The notes under the pieces are model-generated. The model did no database searches and was not told where the DNA came from. It saw only the letters and a list, made by a program, of their open reading frames with translations. The position numbers and the translations under genes are program-made. Below are positions 37,360-50,956 of a stretch of 64,000 nt of DNA, piece by piece (the first letter of the stretch is position 1; every line of letters starts with the position of its first letter). The stretch spans positions 7,080,436 through 7,144,435 of the forward strand of contig NC_068986.1 in the NCBI RefSeq assembly GCF_001194135.2. Reading direction: 5' to 3'. The DNA is from Octopus bimaculoides. Taxonomy: Eukaryota.

Positions 37360-37459
37360 GGCGAAGGTAAACAATACACGCATCACCCGTTTTCAGAGTT
37401 TAGGGCTAGGGTTAGGGTTACAATGAAAATGGGTGGTGTGCATATTCTTTACCTCTGCC
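37360..37459. mobile_element. Small foldback element with internal TTAGGG repeats
   Basis: 34-bp inverted arms (26/34 matches) at 37360-37393 and 37426-37459 around TTAGGGCTAGGGTTAGGGTTA (37400-37420). Confidence 0.7.
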
Positions 37460-37624
37460 ATTTTTAATCCCACTGGAAGCTGGGTACAGTGTAAATAGAG
37501 GTGGTTGTGATAGAGAGATGAGAAATAGGTGTGAGTGAAGAGAGAACAAAGTATGGGTGAGAGAGTGCAATGTGTGGTGAACCGTAGAGAAATTCACTGT
37601 TGCTGTTAGTCACTCCAACAGCCT

Positions 37625-40600
37625 TCATTATCATCACCATCATTTAACATCCATTGTCCATGCTGGCATGGGTTGGGCGGTTTGACCAGGGCTAGCAAGC
37701 TGGAAGGCTGCACCAGACTCTCGTCTGATTTGGCATGATATCTATGGCTGGATGTCCTTCCTAATGCTAACAACTCTGAGAGTTTAAGTGGGGGTGGGGG
37801 TGCTTTTATGTTCTACCGGCGCAGGTGCCATTTGCATAACACCAATATCTGCCACAGCTACAATTTTACTTGGCTTGATGAGTCTTCTCAAGCATGGCCT
37901 AATGCCAAATGTCTTGATCATTTGTCATTGCTTCTGTAAGGCCCAACACTTGAAAGGTGCTTTTCATGTGCCACTGGCATTGGCCACCTTGCCTTCGTGA
38001 GGCCCAACACTTGAAAGGAGTGTTTTATGTGCCACTGGCATGAGTGTCAGTTATGTGACACCAGCATTGGCCACGACTACAATTTCACTTGACTTGATGG
38101 GTCTTCTCAAGCACAAAAGTCTTGGTCACTAATCATTGTCTCCATGAGGCCCAATGTTTGAAGATCAGGCCTCACCACCTCATCTCATATCTTCCTAGGG
38201 TTTACCTCTTCCACAGGTTTCCTCCGCAATTAGAGATTGGCACTTCTTTGCACAGTTGTCCTCGTCCATATGCATCACATGACCATACCAGCGCAGTCGT
38301 CTCTCTTGCACACCACATCTGATGCCTCTTATGCCCAACTTCCAGTGAAGCATACTGGCTTCATTTCTTTCAAGCCTATATATGTCCTCGGCTGTCACAG
38401 CCCATGTTTCACTGCTGTGTAGCATGGCTGTTTGCACACAGGCATCATGCAATCTGCTTTTCATTCTGAGCGAGAGGCCCTTTGTTGCCAACAGAAGTAG
38501 GATCTCTCTGAACTTTGCCCAAATTGTTCTCACAGCTACACTCTTGGAGCATCCATCTCCGCTACTAACTTGGTCACCTTGATAATGGAAGCTATCTACT
38601 ACCTCTAACTTACTCCACTGGCAGTTGATGGTGTCTATTTTCGGTGTTTATTGTACTTGTGCATCTTCAACACAAAAGCTATTTTCCCTGTTAACCTTCC
38701 TCTGATATTGCTGTACCTCTTATGTGTCCATAACTTACACCAGGTACATCTTGGAGTTTCTACCTATGCTTTTTCTACCTATGCTTTTTCTACCTATTGA
38801 GCAGGGTCATCTACCTGATGGGATTTGTGATTTGTCTGCCTTGCTACTTACTAAGACTTTGGTTTTTGCTAGGTTAGCTTTAAGGTCCTTTGATTCTAGA
38901 CCTTGCTTCCATACCTGAAACTTCATCCCTAGTTCTGGTAGTGATTCAGCTATAACAACAAAGTCATCAGCATAGAGGAGCTCTCAGGGTGGCCTGTCTT
39001 AAATTCCTCTGTTATTGCCTGGAGGACTATGATGAACAAGAGGGGGCTGGGGATTGATCCTTGGTGAACCCCTACTTCTACCCGGAATTCTTCGCTGTAT
39101 TTGTTGCTAACATTCGCCTTACTGACAGTGTCCCTGTACATGATTTGTACAGCTCTCACCAATTGCTCATCTATCCCTAGTTTCTGCATTGACCACCAGA
39201 TAAGGGATTGGGGAACCCTGTCAAAGGCTTTCTCCAAGTCAACAAAAGCTAAATACAGAGGTTTATCATTGACTATGTATTTCTCCTGCAGCTGCCTTAC
39301 CAGAAATTTAGCATCACTGGTGCTTCCTGGCACAAAACCAAACTGCATCTCAGCTAGACTATCTCTCTCCCTAATTAGTTGGGTTATCACCTGATCCAAC
39401 AATTTGATACCTCTGTAATCATTTTTATGTAAGGCATCACTTTTACCTTTTTAGCAGTTGACTGTGGTCTGCTACACCATTGGGTATGATTCCTTTGTGT
39501 ATCAACTGATTTACAATATGGGTGACTAACCCATAACCCACACTGCCAGATATTTTAAGCATCTCAGTGGTGACTCCTGTTGGGCTGGGAGCTTTCCCTG
39601 TCTTCATATCCTAAATTGCTTTATCTACCAAGGTACTATTGATTCGGATAACTGGTGCCTCATTTGGATCAACATTTGGCAAACTCTCCTCCTCCTCCTC
39701 CCCAGTGGCATTTCCAAGCTCCTTTCTTTGCAGAATCATTAAGTGCAAGTGAACTCTCATCCATGTGGACACGTTTCTTTCTTATTGCATCACAGTTTGC
39801 TCTCACACACTTTCTTGCAATCCCAAACACTTCAAGTCTTGTCACTGAACATAGGCAAACTTCTTCTTTTCTGCTTCTTCCCTGGCTAGATATACCTGTC
39901 TCCTAGCTTCCCTTCTGGCTATCTGATACAGTTCCATGTTGTCCTCACTCTTCCAGGCCTAGTTCTTTGCTCTAATATCCTTGTCTACTGCATTGTTCCA
40001 CCACGACGATGTCACCCTAGGACTGGATGGGACTTTGCACCAGCCACAGATTTGGTCTGTGGCACTCAGCAAGCTATTCTGTAGGAATTCTCAGTTGCCC
40101 ACAATGTCACAAATTTGTAGCTGTTCCCCCGTCTCATCAAATTTCTCAGTTAGGATGTCCTTAAATCTCTGGCCATGTGAAGGGTCCTTAAGCTTCTAAA
40201 TCCTTCTTTTCCAGATTGGTCTGCTTCTTGGCTTCCTTCCGGCCTGATATCTAAACTCACTCATGACTAGTCCATGCTGGGTGGGTGGCTGTTGGGTACA
40301 TTCTTCACCAGGGAAGGTCTTTGTATTGAGGAGCAACCATACATTCTGCTGTCTGGTGAGAATGTAATCAAGTTGGCTAGCAGCGTCACCTGATTGTTAG
40401 GTTATCAGGTGGCTGACTTCTTAAAGTTAGTGTTGTAGATCAATAGGTTATTGGCATCACAGAACTCCAGTAGCCTTGTCCTCCCTTTGTTCAATTTCAT
40501 GGCCCCCATGAATACCATGCTGCCTGACATGCCCGTTGCAATCCCCAACCATGAAGATGCGATCATTGACACTTGTCTTTGAGGTAGCCTGCAGAAGAAC

Positions 40601-40860
40601 ATCAAAAAAGTGGTCCTTATCTTCATTTGGTAGGCCCGCTTGTAGGGTGTAGGCAGAGATAATTGTTGCTATACTATTCTGTAAAACTAGCCTGAGCTTA
40701 AGTACTCTATTGTACACTCTGACTACCTCTATGACCTTATTCTCCTATTTCTCTGCATAAAGTATACCCACACCACCCACATTGTCACTGTTACCTTCCC
40801 AGAAGATTTTATACCTCTGAGTTTTGCCTGTTAGGAACCTGGCTGAAGCTCCTCTCCATC
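37625..40860 (-). mobile_element. Near full-length decayed RTE LINE (APE endonuclease + RT + 3' UTR)
   Basis: EN: TIISAYTLQAGL, MVGDCNGHV, EFCDANNLLIYNTNFKK; RT: QFGFVPG, LAFVDLEKAFDRVP, GVHQGS, SPLLFIIVLQ; ORF end GRGKP; tail CATCATTTAACATCC at about 37640. Confidence 0.95.
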
Positions 40861-41948
40861 TTACTTCTTGAATGCAACATATATCAACATTCAATCATTA
40901 TCTCAACAATCTCCCTAGACATACCTTTCAATGTGCCTACATTGACAGTACCAACTCTGAAAACTGGGAAAGGGCTGTGGGAGGGAGCATGAGAAGGAGA
41001 GAGGGTATTCAGCACCTGAAATGAAGGTTTCATGACATGTCACATCAGCTGTTTTTGCTTTGACCTACCATCATTCAAACATGTTAACATTGTTGCTCCT
41101 ATTGGAGTGAGTGTAATGTAAGCATTGTAAATATAAGCATTATTGCCGCAAACATAAATAGGCCAATATTTAAACTAAGTAAATGAGCCACTATTGGTTA
41201 GTCCATTATATAGAGAAAGGAGTAGGTGGTTTGTTAATTTACTAAGTAACACATCTTCTTTTGGTGCCTGCAGTAGTGTGGATGATTGCTNNNNNNNNNN
41301 NNNNNNNNNNNNNNNNNNNNNNNNNNGGGGGGGGGGAGGGTAGGGGAGCCATGCAAGTCTTCTGGCGCAGAAGTGAGGCAGAGCCTTGTAGAGGTTTCCA
41401 GTATGAGATTTCTGGTATAGATGGTGAGGGTGAGAATGGGTGGGCACGTCGTGGACAAGTAAAGGCCAGCTTCATCTCAGGAAATAGCAGCCAAGATAGA
41501 AAATCATTAGTGAGGCAGAGAGAGAGAGAGGAGTGATTGAGAGATGAATCTAGGGGCATGAGTAATGGAAGTAAGAGAAAGGCTTGGTGTAAGGGACATA
41601 GGTGATAGTGATAGAGATTATGGACAGATGAACGATAGGGATATAAAATGTGAAGGACGAAAGATAGGGAGCAAGTGATATGATGTTAAAGAGATGAGAG
41701 GCTATTGACCCTCTCTTACAACCGACTCATCCACGTCATTTCCCTCTCTTTCATCCTTCCCCTATCCACTACATTATTATTATTATTATTCTGTTGCATT
41801 TGTCTGCTTCTCTTCTGCCAGTCATCACCTATTCTCCCCTTCCCCCAACTTATTAATTACACAACCATGCCTGTGCCTATATACACACTTATATATCATA
41901 CATATGTGTGTGTGTGTATATATCTGCATGTATAAAAGTATGTGTGTA

Positions 41949-42290
41949 TCTATATATATAAAAATGAGAATGTGTGTCTGTCTGTCTGTGTGTGTGTGTG
42001 TGTGTGTGTGAATCCCTAAAACTCGAGAACTACACAACCAATTTCATTCAAATTTTACAGATGCCTTACTTAGGGTTCCAGTTGTGTTTTAGTCAAAAAA
42101 AATTTTTAACTTCTTGCAGAGTTCGAGCACACGGCAACATAATATCTCCTCCACTATTTAAGTATTACGTGTCAAAAGTGAAACAAAAACACTCATGTCA
42201 AATACTTTCACTTTAAAAATGAAACTATTCTACTAACTGAAACAATCACATTTCGATACTGGAATGACAGATACTTTCACAGAGAGAGAA
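41949..42290 (+). mobile_element. Non-autonomous Helitron/DINE-like element, 5' part
   Basis: A|TCTATATATATAAAAATGAG start, (GTCT)n/(GT)n tract, then CTCGAGAACTACACAACCAATTTCATTCAAATTT core; runs toward the gap. Confidence 0.55.
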
Positions 42291-42348
42291 AGAGAGAGAG
42301 AGAGATGTATATGTATACATATACATGTATATGTACACCATTTCGATA

Positions 42349-43272
42349 NNNNNNNNNNNNNNNNNNNNNNNNNNNNNNNNNNNNNNNNNNNNNNNNNNNN
42401 NNNNNNNNNNNNNNNNNNNNNNNNNNNNNNNNNNNNNNNNNNNNNNNNNNNNNNNNNNNNNNNNNNNNNNNNNNNNNNNNNNNNNNNNNNNNNNNNNNNN
42501 NNNNNNNNNNNNNNNNNNNNNNNNNNNNNNNNNNNNNNNNNNNNNNNNNNNNNNNNNNNNNNNNNNNNNNNNNNNNNNNNNNNNNNNNNNNNNNNNNNNN
42601 NNNNNNNNNNNNNNNNNNNNNNNNNNNNNNNNNNNNNNNNNNNNNNNNNNNNNNNNNNNNNNNNNNNNNNNNNNNNNNNNNNNNNNNNNNNNNNNNNNNN
42701 NNNNNNNNNNNNNNNNNNNNNNNNNNNNNNNNNNNNNNNNNNNNNNNNNNNNNNNNNNNNNNNNNNNNNNNNNNNNNNNNNNNNNNNNNNNNNNNNNNNN
42801 NNNNNNNNNNNNNNNNNNNNNNNNNNNNNNNNNNNNNNNNNNNNNNNNNNNNNNNNNNNNNNNNNNNNNNNNNNNNNNNNNNNNNNNNNNNNNNNNNNNN
42901 NNNNNNNNNNNNNNNNNNNNNNNNNNNNNNNNNNNNNNNNNNNNNNNNNNNNNNNNNNNNNNNNNNNNNNNNNNNNNNNNNNNNNNNNNNNNNNNNNNNN
43001 NNNNNNNNNNNNNNNNNNNNNNNNNNNNNNNNNNNNNNNNNNNNNNNNNNNNNNNNNNNNNNNNNNNNNNNNNNNNNNNNNNNNNNNNNNNNNNNNNNNN
43101 NNNNNNNNNNNNNNNNNNNNNNNNNNNNNNNNNNNNNNNNNNNNNNNNNNNNNNNNNNNNNNNNNNNNNNNNNNNNNNNNNNNNNNNNNNNNNNNNNNNN
43201 NNNNNNNNNNNNNNNNNNNNNNNNNNNNNNNNNNNNNNNNNNNNNNNNNNNNNNNNNNNNNNNNNNNNNNNN
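42349..43272. other. Assembly gap (924 N); other gaps at 8390-8399, 9731-9791, 22371-22387, 32744-32753, 41291-41326, 44613-44622 and 46451-46665
   Basis: N runs visible in the sequence. Confidence 1.
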
Positions 43273-43323
<51 letters not shown>

Positions 43324-43824
43324 TATAGCCCAGGTGATAGGCATGGCATCTGAAGCCACCTCAAGGTGGGTGAGGTCAATAAGCAATCACAAGTACAACC
43401 TTCTACTGTGGGAAACTAATTCAATCTTCACTGACCCACTCGGATGAAGCAGAGGGGGAGGGATCCTGAAAAACTTTATGATGTAGAAGGGTTTCTGACA
43501 TTGCAATGGATTCAGAAAAACTTGCAATACCCCTTAGCAGCCCCTGCAGTTTCTGCATAGGGCAAAGCGCTTCCTCTTTTAACTCCCCACCCCACCATGG
43601 GGTTATAATCTAAGCTCTGTCCTTGTGAAGCACATCCCCATGTTCTCATTCATCCAACGTATGTATATGTCTTATTTTAAATATGATATACAGAGTAATT
43701 GAAATTTTTGGTGAATTCAATTTGCAGAGCATATACATATGTAACCAGAAGACTGTAAAAATTTGGTATGTCAACAACATACCAAATTTTCCACTCTTCT
43801 GGTTTGATATATTCTATATATCAT

Positions 43825-44560
43825 CATCTTCTTCATTTAATGTCCATGTTCCATGTTGGCATGGGTTGGATGGTTTGACAAAGATCCAATGAGTCAAGGG
43901 CTGCATTGTACTCCAGTGTCTGCTTTGGCATGGTTTCTATGACTGGATGCCCTTCCTAACACTAACCACTTTACAATGTGTACTGAGTGCCACCTGCACT
44001 AATGAGATCACTATGTAACTCACAAGTCAACAAACCTAGGGAGGGAGGATACTGCCCCTGTATGCCAGATGGGTTTTAAGGTATGGGGAAAGAGATTGGA
44101 GTAGAACAGGTTCTTGTTGTAGAGGAGCTACATGGCTACTCCCATTTAGGAGAGAGAAAGTGTGAACAAATCAGAGGTGTCTCCAAAGCAATAGACTGGT
44201 GATGAGGTGTCCAAGTGGAACCACAGGTAGCAGGAGCAGTAATGGGTGGTGGGAATAGGAGTTTGCAAGAGTGGTGGAGAGAAGAGATAGCAAAGTGGGA
44301 GATGGAGGCAGGCAACGTCTGTAATGATTGAGGCAAGGGATGCATGAGTTAGAGGGGTTACAGTGATAGTGGTAGTATAGTAGTAATGATACTGTTGATA
44401 GGGAAAGAAGAGAGAGAGTGAAAGATATGACATATCTGGGTAGACTGCAGGAGCAGAGGTGTAATACATGAGGAAAGATAATTTGGTGGTTTGGGGAGGG
44501 AGATGGCCACTGTAATGTGGGTGCGGAGAACAATATTAATGAATAAAGAATGGTTAACAA
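43825..44560 (-). mobile_element. RTE-tailed retroelement remnant with a purine-rich body
   Basis: CATTTAATGTCCATGTTCCATGTTGGCATGGGTTGGATGG..CTGGATGCCCTTCCTAACACTAACCACT, as in other copies. Confidence 0.65.
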
Positions 44561-44571
44561 GTGATATTCTG

Positions 44572-44612
<41 letters not shown>

Positions 44613-44694
44613 NNNNNNNNNNGAGATGGCCACTGTAATGTGGGTGCGGAGAACAATATTAATGAATAAAGAATGGTTAACAAGTGATATTCTG

Positions 44695-44733
<39 letters not shown>

Positions 44734-45068
44734 CCTGTCTTGGTTTGTGTTTGCCACCTTGGAATCCTCTGTTTAGTGGGTCGATCCACTACTCAGGAAG
44801 AGACTATTCTAGAGTACGTTCTTGCCTTATCTTTGAAACGTCTAGTTAGAATAGAGGCAGCTGACGAAGGATTTATTCCAAGTGGCTATCTGTTTTCCTA
44901 CGTGTTCGTTCCGTTGTCTGTAGTTCATTTTTCTAACGTCCTGTACCCTGATATGCATCTATATACACATGTAGATGTAAGTATGTACATATATGTGGGT
45001 ATACATGCATACATATTCCTTGTATTATTATATCATCGAACGCACGCATCCATTTGCAAGTAAGTTCT

Positions 45069-45107
<39 letters not shown>

Positions 45108-45124
45108 AATAAACATAATTAAAG

Positions 45125-45220
45125 GATGGAGCCTGGTGCAGCCTTCTGGCTTGCCAGTCCTCAGTCAAATCGTCCAACCCATGCTAGCATGGAATGCGGA
45201 CGTTAAACGATGATGATGAT
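45125..45220 (+). mobile_element. Short RTE 3' end
   Basis: GGAGCCTGGTGCAGCC...CCCATGCTAGCATGGAATGCGGACGTTAAACGATGATGATG. Confidence 0.9.
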
Positions 45221-48200
45221 ACGCACACACACACACACACACATGCATACATCTATACAATATATCCCCATGCAGTGCTTTGAGAAGTCAGTTTCATTAT
45301 GATGGGATGATGGGCACGTTTTCACGAGAACTTCATATCACCAGATATCCTGGTCCTTTGCCATTTCCTGTGAGACTAAGTGTCCTGGTGAAGGCTGACC
45401 ACTTCAACTTATGTTTTTCTGTGTCTTCCTTGTTCACAGGCTCTGGCTATGTTTAATGATTATCACTTCTGTATACAGCTATCTTTGTCCATACACATCA
45501 CATCTGTATCAGTGCAGTCTTCTTTAATGCATACTATATCTGAATCCTTTTATGCTTAGTCTTTCAGTACATTTATACTTTGACATTTATACATTCTTAT
45601 ATTGCACATCCAACAGAGAATGCTAGGTTAATTTCTTTCCAGTAGAAACCATACCAAAGTCAGATGAGCTGTATATATGTATATATATGAATCATCATCA
45701 TTTAACATCTGTTTTCCATGCAGGCATGGGTTGGATATATATATTTATGTATGTAATATATGTGTGTGCGCGTATGTATGTATAATCATTTAACATCTGT
45801 TTTCCATGTTGGCATGGGTTGGATGTATATGTATGTATGTATGTACTGTAAAAACTTATGTAATTTACGCACTTTTTTTCACAAAAGTATAAATAAACTT
45901 TAGGGTATGTATAAATTACATGAGTAGATCATTTCCAGAAATTTTTTTTGTTGATAAAAGATGTATAAAACATAAACATTTGTACAGAAAAATAATGACT
46001 TAAATATAATGAAGTTGACTTTTATTTATGTTGGATTGTATAATGCTTACTTTTTCTGTATAAATTTACTGAAACCATTAAATGGTTAACTAGCTTTTGA
46101 AGTCTGACGTTCATGCTGGTAAATACGGTTTGGGCCATATTTTACATTGCTTGGAGTTTCTACCTATTGTAATGGAGCACCATTCACATACATAGTGATA
46201 TGGATATTCCTAACTGAAAAAATGTAATGATATGGATAATCTTGATTGTATGGTTTTATTTTTGTCTGTTCATTACTTGGCACAGTTTTAAGTTTGTCAC
46301 ACTGTTTACACCAATTTCAAACATTAGCTTCATTAGCATTAAAATGCCTTCCAGCAGCTCTATCGCCACATTCAAATGAATATTCAACATATTTAATTTC
46401 TCCTTCACAGTAAACGATTCATAAATTCTGCCCATACTGATAATGATGGTNNNNNNNNNNNNNNNNNNNNNNNNNNNNNNNNNNNNNNNNNNNNNNNNNN
46501 NNNNNNNNNNNNNNNNNNNNNNNNNNNNNNNNNNNNNNNNNNNNNNNNNNNNNNNNNNNNNNNNNNNNNNNNNNNNNNNNNNNNNNNNNNNNNNNNNNNN
46601 NNNNNNNNNNNNNNNNNNNNNNNNNNNNNNNNNNNNNNNNNNNNNNNNNNNNNNNNNNNNNNNNNAACAAGAAAAGGCGGAAAAGAATTCTGTTTACATA
46701 ATCAGTTTGATCAGTCACCTTCCTCTGTCAGTTGAGTAAAGCGTCATCCAAGCTGATGTTTATTGGTAATTAAACTTAATTTGCAACACCTGTGCATATT
46801 TATCAGCTTTGTTTTTGTTGGTAATTCTTATCAGCAACTTTTCCTCTGATCATGATTTGAGAAGACATACAGCCGTATGCTAAAGATCAGACATAATCTC
46901 TTGTGGGCAAGAAATGTAAAATAAAGTTTATAATAAACAACACAAACACTTTGTAATTTAATAGCTTTCAGTGTGATACCTGTTAAACAGAAATTATTTT
47001 TATTTAATGAAAATTTGATAAAATCTAATCATGAGCAAGTGAAATTATGCTAAATACAACTAAATTGGAAACCTTTTCCCCCTAGCTATATCAGAAATTC
47101 TGAAAACTTTTGGGTGTGAATTTTACATGAGTAGAAGCTTTTTTTTACCAAATTTTATCCTGAAAATGACCTGCATAAATTATACAGGTGCACAGATTTA
47201 CATGGGTTTTTATGGTATGCTAGTTAACTCAAAGCAGAGACCCTGACAGGTGCTACTACTTTGGGTCAGAATAGATCTGGGAGCAATAGTGGCTAGGAGA
47301 TGGTTCCACACTCCACCAAACTCTGGAACCCCTGTACCAGAGTTCCACAACTAGATACAGTTTAAAGCCAAAACCACCTGAGTGCAGATGCAGAAATACC
47401 CTTGGTTACTGTCAGGGCATGCAGTAAAACCACTGGGAGTAAGGGATTCCCAGCAGCTGTTAGAACATCCTTCTAGGAGAGGGACATTCTGATGTAAAAC
47501 CTGCTCTTTCACATGATTATTGGACTTCTAACTTTGGCTCGTTGTTCGATACTAATTATAGAGACTCAGAGAGTGGTACTTATGTTGTACAAGTGTTTAA
47601 TCTTTATAATCCAGTGATGTAGAAATGCTTCTTTTTATGGTGACCTCATTTGTCATTCCATCTACTGAAAATCCCGTGGTGATGGAGGAGTGGTGACATG
47701 TGCAGACCTAACAAGTTATAACTTTTGTTTCTCACTTATGTTTGAAACAAAGCAGGCCTGCAGCAAGACTGAATAGTCATCTGAGAGGTCATGAATGGAA
47801 AGTCAGAATTGCTGTTGACAACAAGGAAGCATAGGGAGATGGCAACCACCATATGCATATATGTATGTACATGTCCTGAGTATAACATTAAACTGCATCC
47901 GGTGGTGAGGCACCTGTTGGGGAGTTTTGGTGTTGTGGGGAGAATGGAGTCACCCCTTAATTACCATTACTTCCAGTTCTGTTCTGACGTGGAACAGTAG
48001 TACCTGCCTGGGTTCCATCTATGGGTTAGAAAGATTTCTTCAAGAAAATTAAGGTTTTTTTTTTCCTGTGACTATTTCTATTCAGCTTATATTCATCTCT
48101 TTAAACTGCCTAACACATCTTCTTTTCTGTATTATTATTATTATTATTATTATTGTTATTATTATTATTATTATTATAATTATTATTGTTGTTGTTATGT

Positions 48201-48298
48201 TTTCAGAGTATAACATTGCTTGTGTTTGATATTTCTCAAACATAGAGCGATTAGGCTGAAGGAGCCTACTCTAAGATTCTTGTGAACTCAACTCCAAT

Positions 48299-48450
48299 AT
48301 GTTTATGGATTTGAGCACTAAGCAAAGCAAAGTGAAAAGTTCACAATCAGCATATCGAAGGCACAGAGGAGTTCATAGAGAGGGACATACTATCACAAAC
48401 ATGAACCGTTACGATCTTGATTCAGACAGTATTTTGCCACCAGAATTGCG
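48299..48450 (+). CDS. WDR37: WD repeat-containing protein 37, first coding exon (exon begins at acceptor 48207; 92 nt of 5' UTR)
   Basis: Acceptor TTTTCAG|48207; in-frame TAA upstream of ATG 48299; MFMDLSTKQSKVKSS...DSDSILPPEL+CG|GTAAGT (phase 2), which joins the next exon in frame. Confidence 0.85.
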
Positions 48451-48977
48451 GTAAGTATTGTAAAATGTCAATTTAACATTTCTCATTGTTGGTTTATGAA
48501 AATTTTATTGTAATAAAAATTAGTTTATAATGCATTTTCATAAATGTTTTATTGTTTTTATATGTTGAAGAAAATGATTTCAAATAATTGAAAGAGGACA
48601 CAGATCCAACAGTCCATTGGCTCATTGGAATCTCTACCTAATTCTTAGTCTTCATATCTTGTTACGAGAGAAGATACACTATTATCTTCCCTAGTTCCTT
48701 ATGAGGGTCTCATTTAACATAGATTAATTAAATGGTCTCTATATAGTGGACTTCTAGTTTATAAAAAAGTTGTAGGTAGTCATAACGTCTGTCCAATTGA
48801 TAAATGAAATGATTAAATGACAATTAAACATCTTTGTTATGGATATAAGAAATTGTCAGTGTGGTCTAACATAAACTGTTGATATTTCCAACACTGTTCT
48901 GACAACCTATTAATTTGGTGTGTGAACTTTATTGAATAAAAGCATTAAAGATATGCATTTCATAAAGAAAAAATGAA

Positions 48978-49118
48978 ATCATCATCATCATCATTTAATG
49001 TCCGCTTTCCATGCCAGCATAAGTTGAACGATTTGACTGAGGACTGGTGGACCAGGAGGCGACACCAGGCTCCAATCTGATTTGGCAGAGTTTCTACAGC
49101 TGGATGCCCTCCCTAACG
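48978..49118 (-). mobile_element. Short RTE 3' end (WDR37 intron)
   Basis: CATCATCATTTAATGTCCGCTTTCCATGCCAGC...CAGCTGGATGCCCTCCCTAACGC. Confidence 0.88.
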
Positions 49119-49629
49119 CTTGCTTGCTTGCAATGTTACCCAGCCAAACTGGTGCACAATGGGAAAATACTATGAATTAAGTTTCCCTTGAAATGTTAAT
49201 ACGAATGGAATAAAATAAATATAATAAAATCACTGTATGCACATGAAACAATAGAGATCAAAATAACAATGTCATAACATATTTAAGTGCATGCAAACAT
49301 GGGATGGCAATTGTTGTGCTCTGTTTGGGTGTTTACAAGAAAAGTTATTACTGTTATTTTTTTTTGTTAATAGCTTTGAATTCTAATTTAAAGTTATTTT
49401 GAAGCAGTTACCTTCATGAATATGAATGAACTTTTGTTTAGTCATCAGCTTTATGGAACAGGTATTTGTTTTTATAAGAGCTAAAAAGTTAGGGAAAAAT
49501 AAAAGTGCGACTTTTAAAATTTTGAACAATCTTACATATACTAAAATCTCATGTGTGTCTCATCAGTAATTGCTCTCCCTGTTTTCCAACTATGCTGAGT
49601 TTCTGTAGTTTGTGACTTATCATTCAATA

Positions 49630-50170
49630 ATTGACCTTATCAAAAGCCTTTGTTGTCAAGATATATCACATCCAAGTTTGAGTGATTCAGTAATTGTTTC
49701 AACACCCAATCATAATGCTGCAAGAGCTGTGTAAGGCAGCTTCTTTCTGAGTAGAATCCATGCTGGGTGTCAGGGAGCTAACCGTTATCTTTGAGGAATG
49801 CGATCAGTTTCTTACTGATAAGGCTTTCCATGACTTTGCTGACATGGGAGGTGAGAGAGACAAGTCTATAATTTTTAGTATCTGCTCTGCTACCTCTATT
49901 ATGGACATATTATGTCTTCCTTTAACATTCTGGGAAGTCTCCCAGTTGTGAGGAAGCTCTGCAAGAGGATCTGTAGTGGTCTTGCTAGAGCTCCTTTGCA
50001 TTTCTTTAGGAGGATTGCTGGGAATCCATCAGGACCTGTGGCTGAGTTTGAGCTCATTTCATCAATGGCTGATATTAAATTCATTTCTTCTGTTTTGATG
50101 TTATCAATAATTGCCATCTCTTTGTGTAAAGCTGTGGTGCTGAAGATCTCACCAGCATATCTACTTGTCT
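49630..50170 (-). mobile_element. CR1/L2-like LINE RT fragment (same family as 15.1-17 kb)
   Basis: SATGPDGFPAILLKKCK..LARPL, LTSHVSKVMESLI, PDTQHGFYSERSCLTQLLQHYDWVL, DVIYLD. Confidence 0.9.
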
Positions 50171-50659
50171 AGTAGATATGTCGCGAGACAGTCAAAACAA
50201 TAGGACTGGACTGCGATTACTCAGACAACACACAGAAGTTGCACTGATTCCATGAACGATACTGAAATCAACCTCCAATATGGCCATACTAATCTCCATC
50301 CTCTCACCAACCAAAAACCTAGAATAGCTTACACTCCTACATTATGGCTGAGTGATTAGCAGTATACAAGTGTATGCAGCTGTATGACATGAAGCTATCT
50401 GCACGTCTTGGCCATTTTTGTTACTACATCTGAAGGCATTGCAACTTGTTTTATTTTCTAAAGGAACACTTATTAAAGTTGTAGAGACGAAAGCTGGCTC
50501 TTGGTGAAGCATCTTTTAGTTGTTTTACTTAACTTCTGGTTTGGGTCTTTTTTTTTACACCTTCACTATTTCAGCTTTGACTTACAAAACACATCTGCTG
50601 CAAGAAACACATTCCCCTTTTCTTTCTTTTTATGTATAACAATATTATTTTCTTTACAG

Positions 50660-50730
50660 GACTAAACTGTATCGGTTATTTGGACAAATTGAAAGGGAGT
50701 TTGAGAAAGTTTATTCTGAAAATGTATCTT
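50660..50730 (+). CDS. WDR37: WDR37 coding exon 2
   Basis: TTTACAG|G...T|GTAAGT; (R)TKLYRLFGQIEREFEKVYSENVS matches the WDR37 motif LFGQIEREFENLY as I recall it. Confidence 0.95.
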
Positions 50731-50847
50731 GTAAGTATTTTATTTTTCTCACATGTGTTTAGATCATTTGTTTATTTTAATATAAAAAAAGGTGAATAAA
50801 ATAATTTATTACAATTTCAACATAATTCACCATTAGAATACTTTTTA

Positions 50848-50956
50848 GGTCGGCCCGAGGCTATAGTAGAAGACACTTGCCCAAGATGCCACGCAGTGGG
50901 AATGAACCTGGAACCATGTGGTTGGTAAGCAAGCTACTTACCACACAGCCACTCCT
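50848..50956 (-). mobile_element. tRNA-derived SINE head (well preserved)
   Basis: Reverse complement GGAGTGGCTGTGTGGTAAGTAGCTTGCTTACCAACCACATGGTTCCAGGTTCATTCCCACTGCGTGGCATCTTGGGCAAGTGTCTTCTACTATAGCCTCGGGCCGACC. Confidence 0.88.

Noticed and set aside
37400-37420. Telomere or chromosome-fusion scar
   Set aside because: Only about 3.5 units, in one orientation, inside a small inverted-repeat element.
42264-43447. Long ORFs (342-380 aa) in the ORF track
   Set aside because: They consist of N runs and microsatellite. The same applies to 46419-46739 and to the CVCV/YIYI/THTH ORFs.
44499-44730. Direct duplication of about 75 bp plus (TA)n
   Set aside because: Identical copies sit on either side of a 10-N gap; most likely an uncollapsed contig overlap.
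44820-44890. Possible hammerhead (GAAA...CTGACGA-AGG)
   Set aside because: Stems II and III cannot be formed convincingly and there is no GAAA after stem II.
50848-50956. tRNA gene
   Set aside because: The tRNA-like head continues into a SINE body seen in many copies, and there is no complete cloverleaf.
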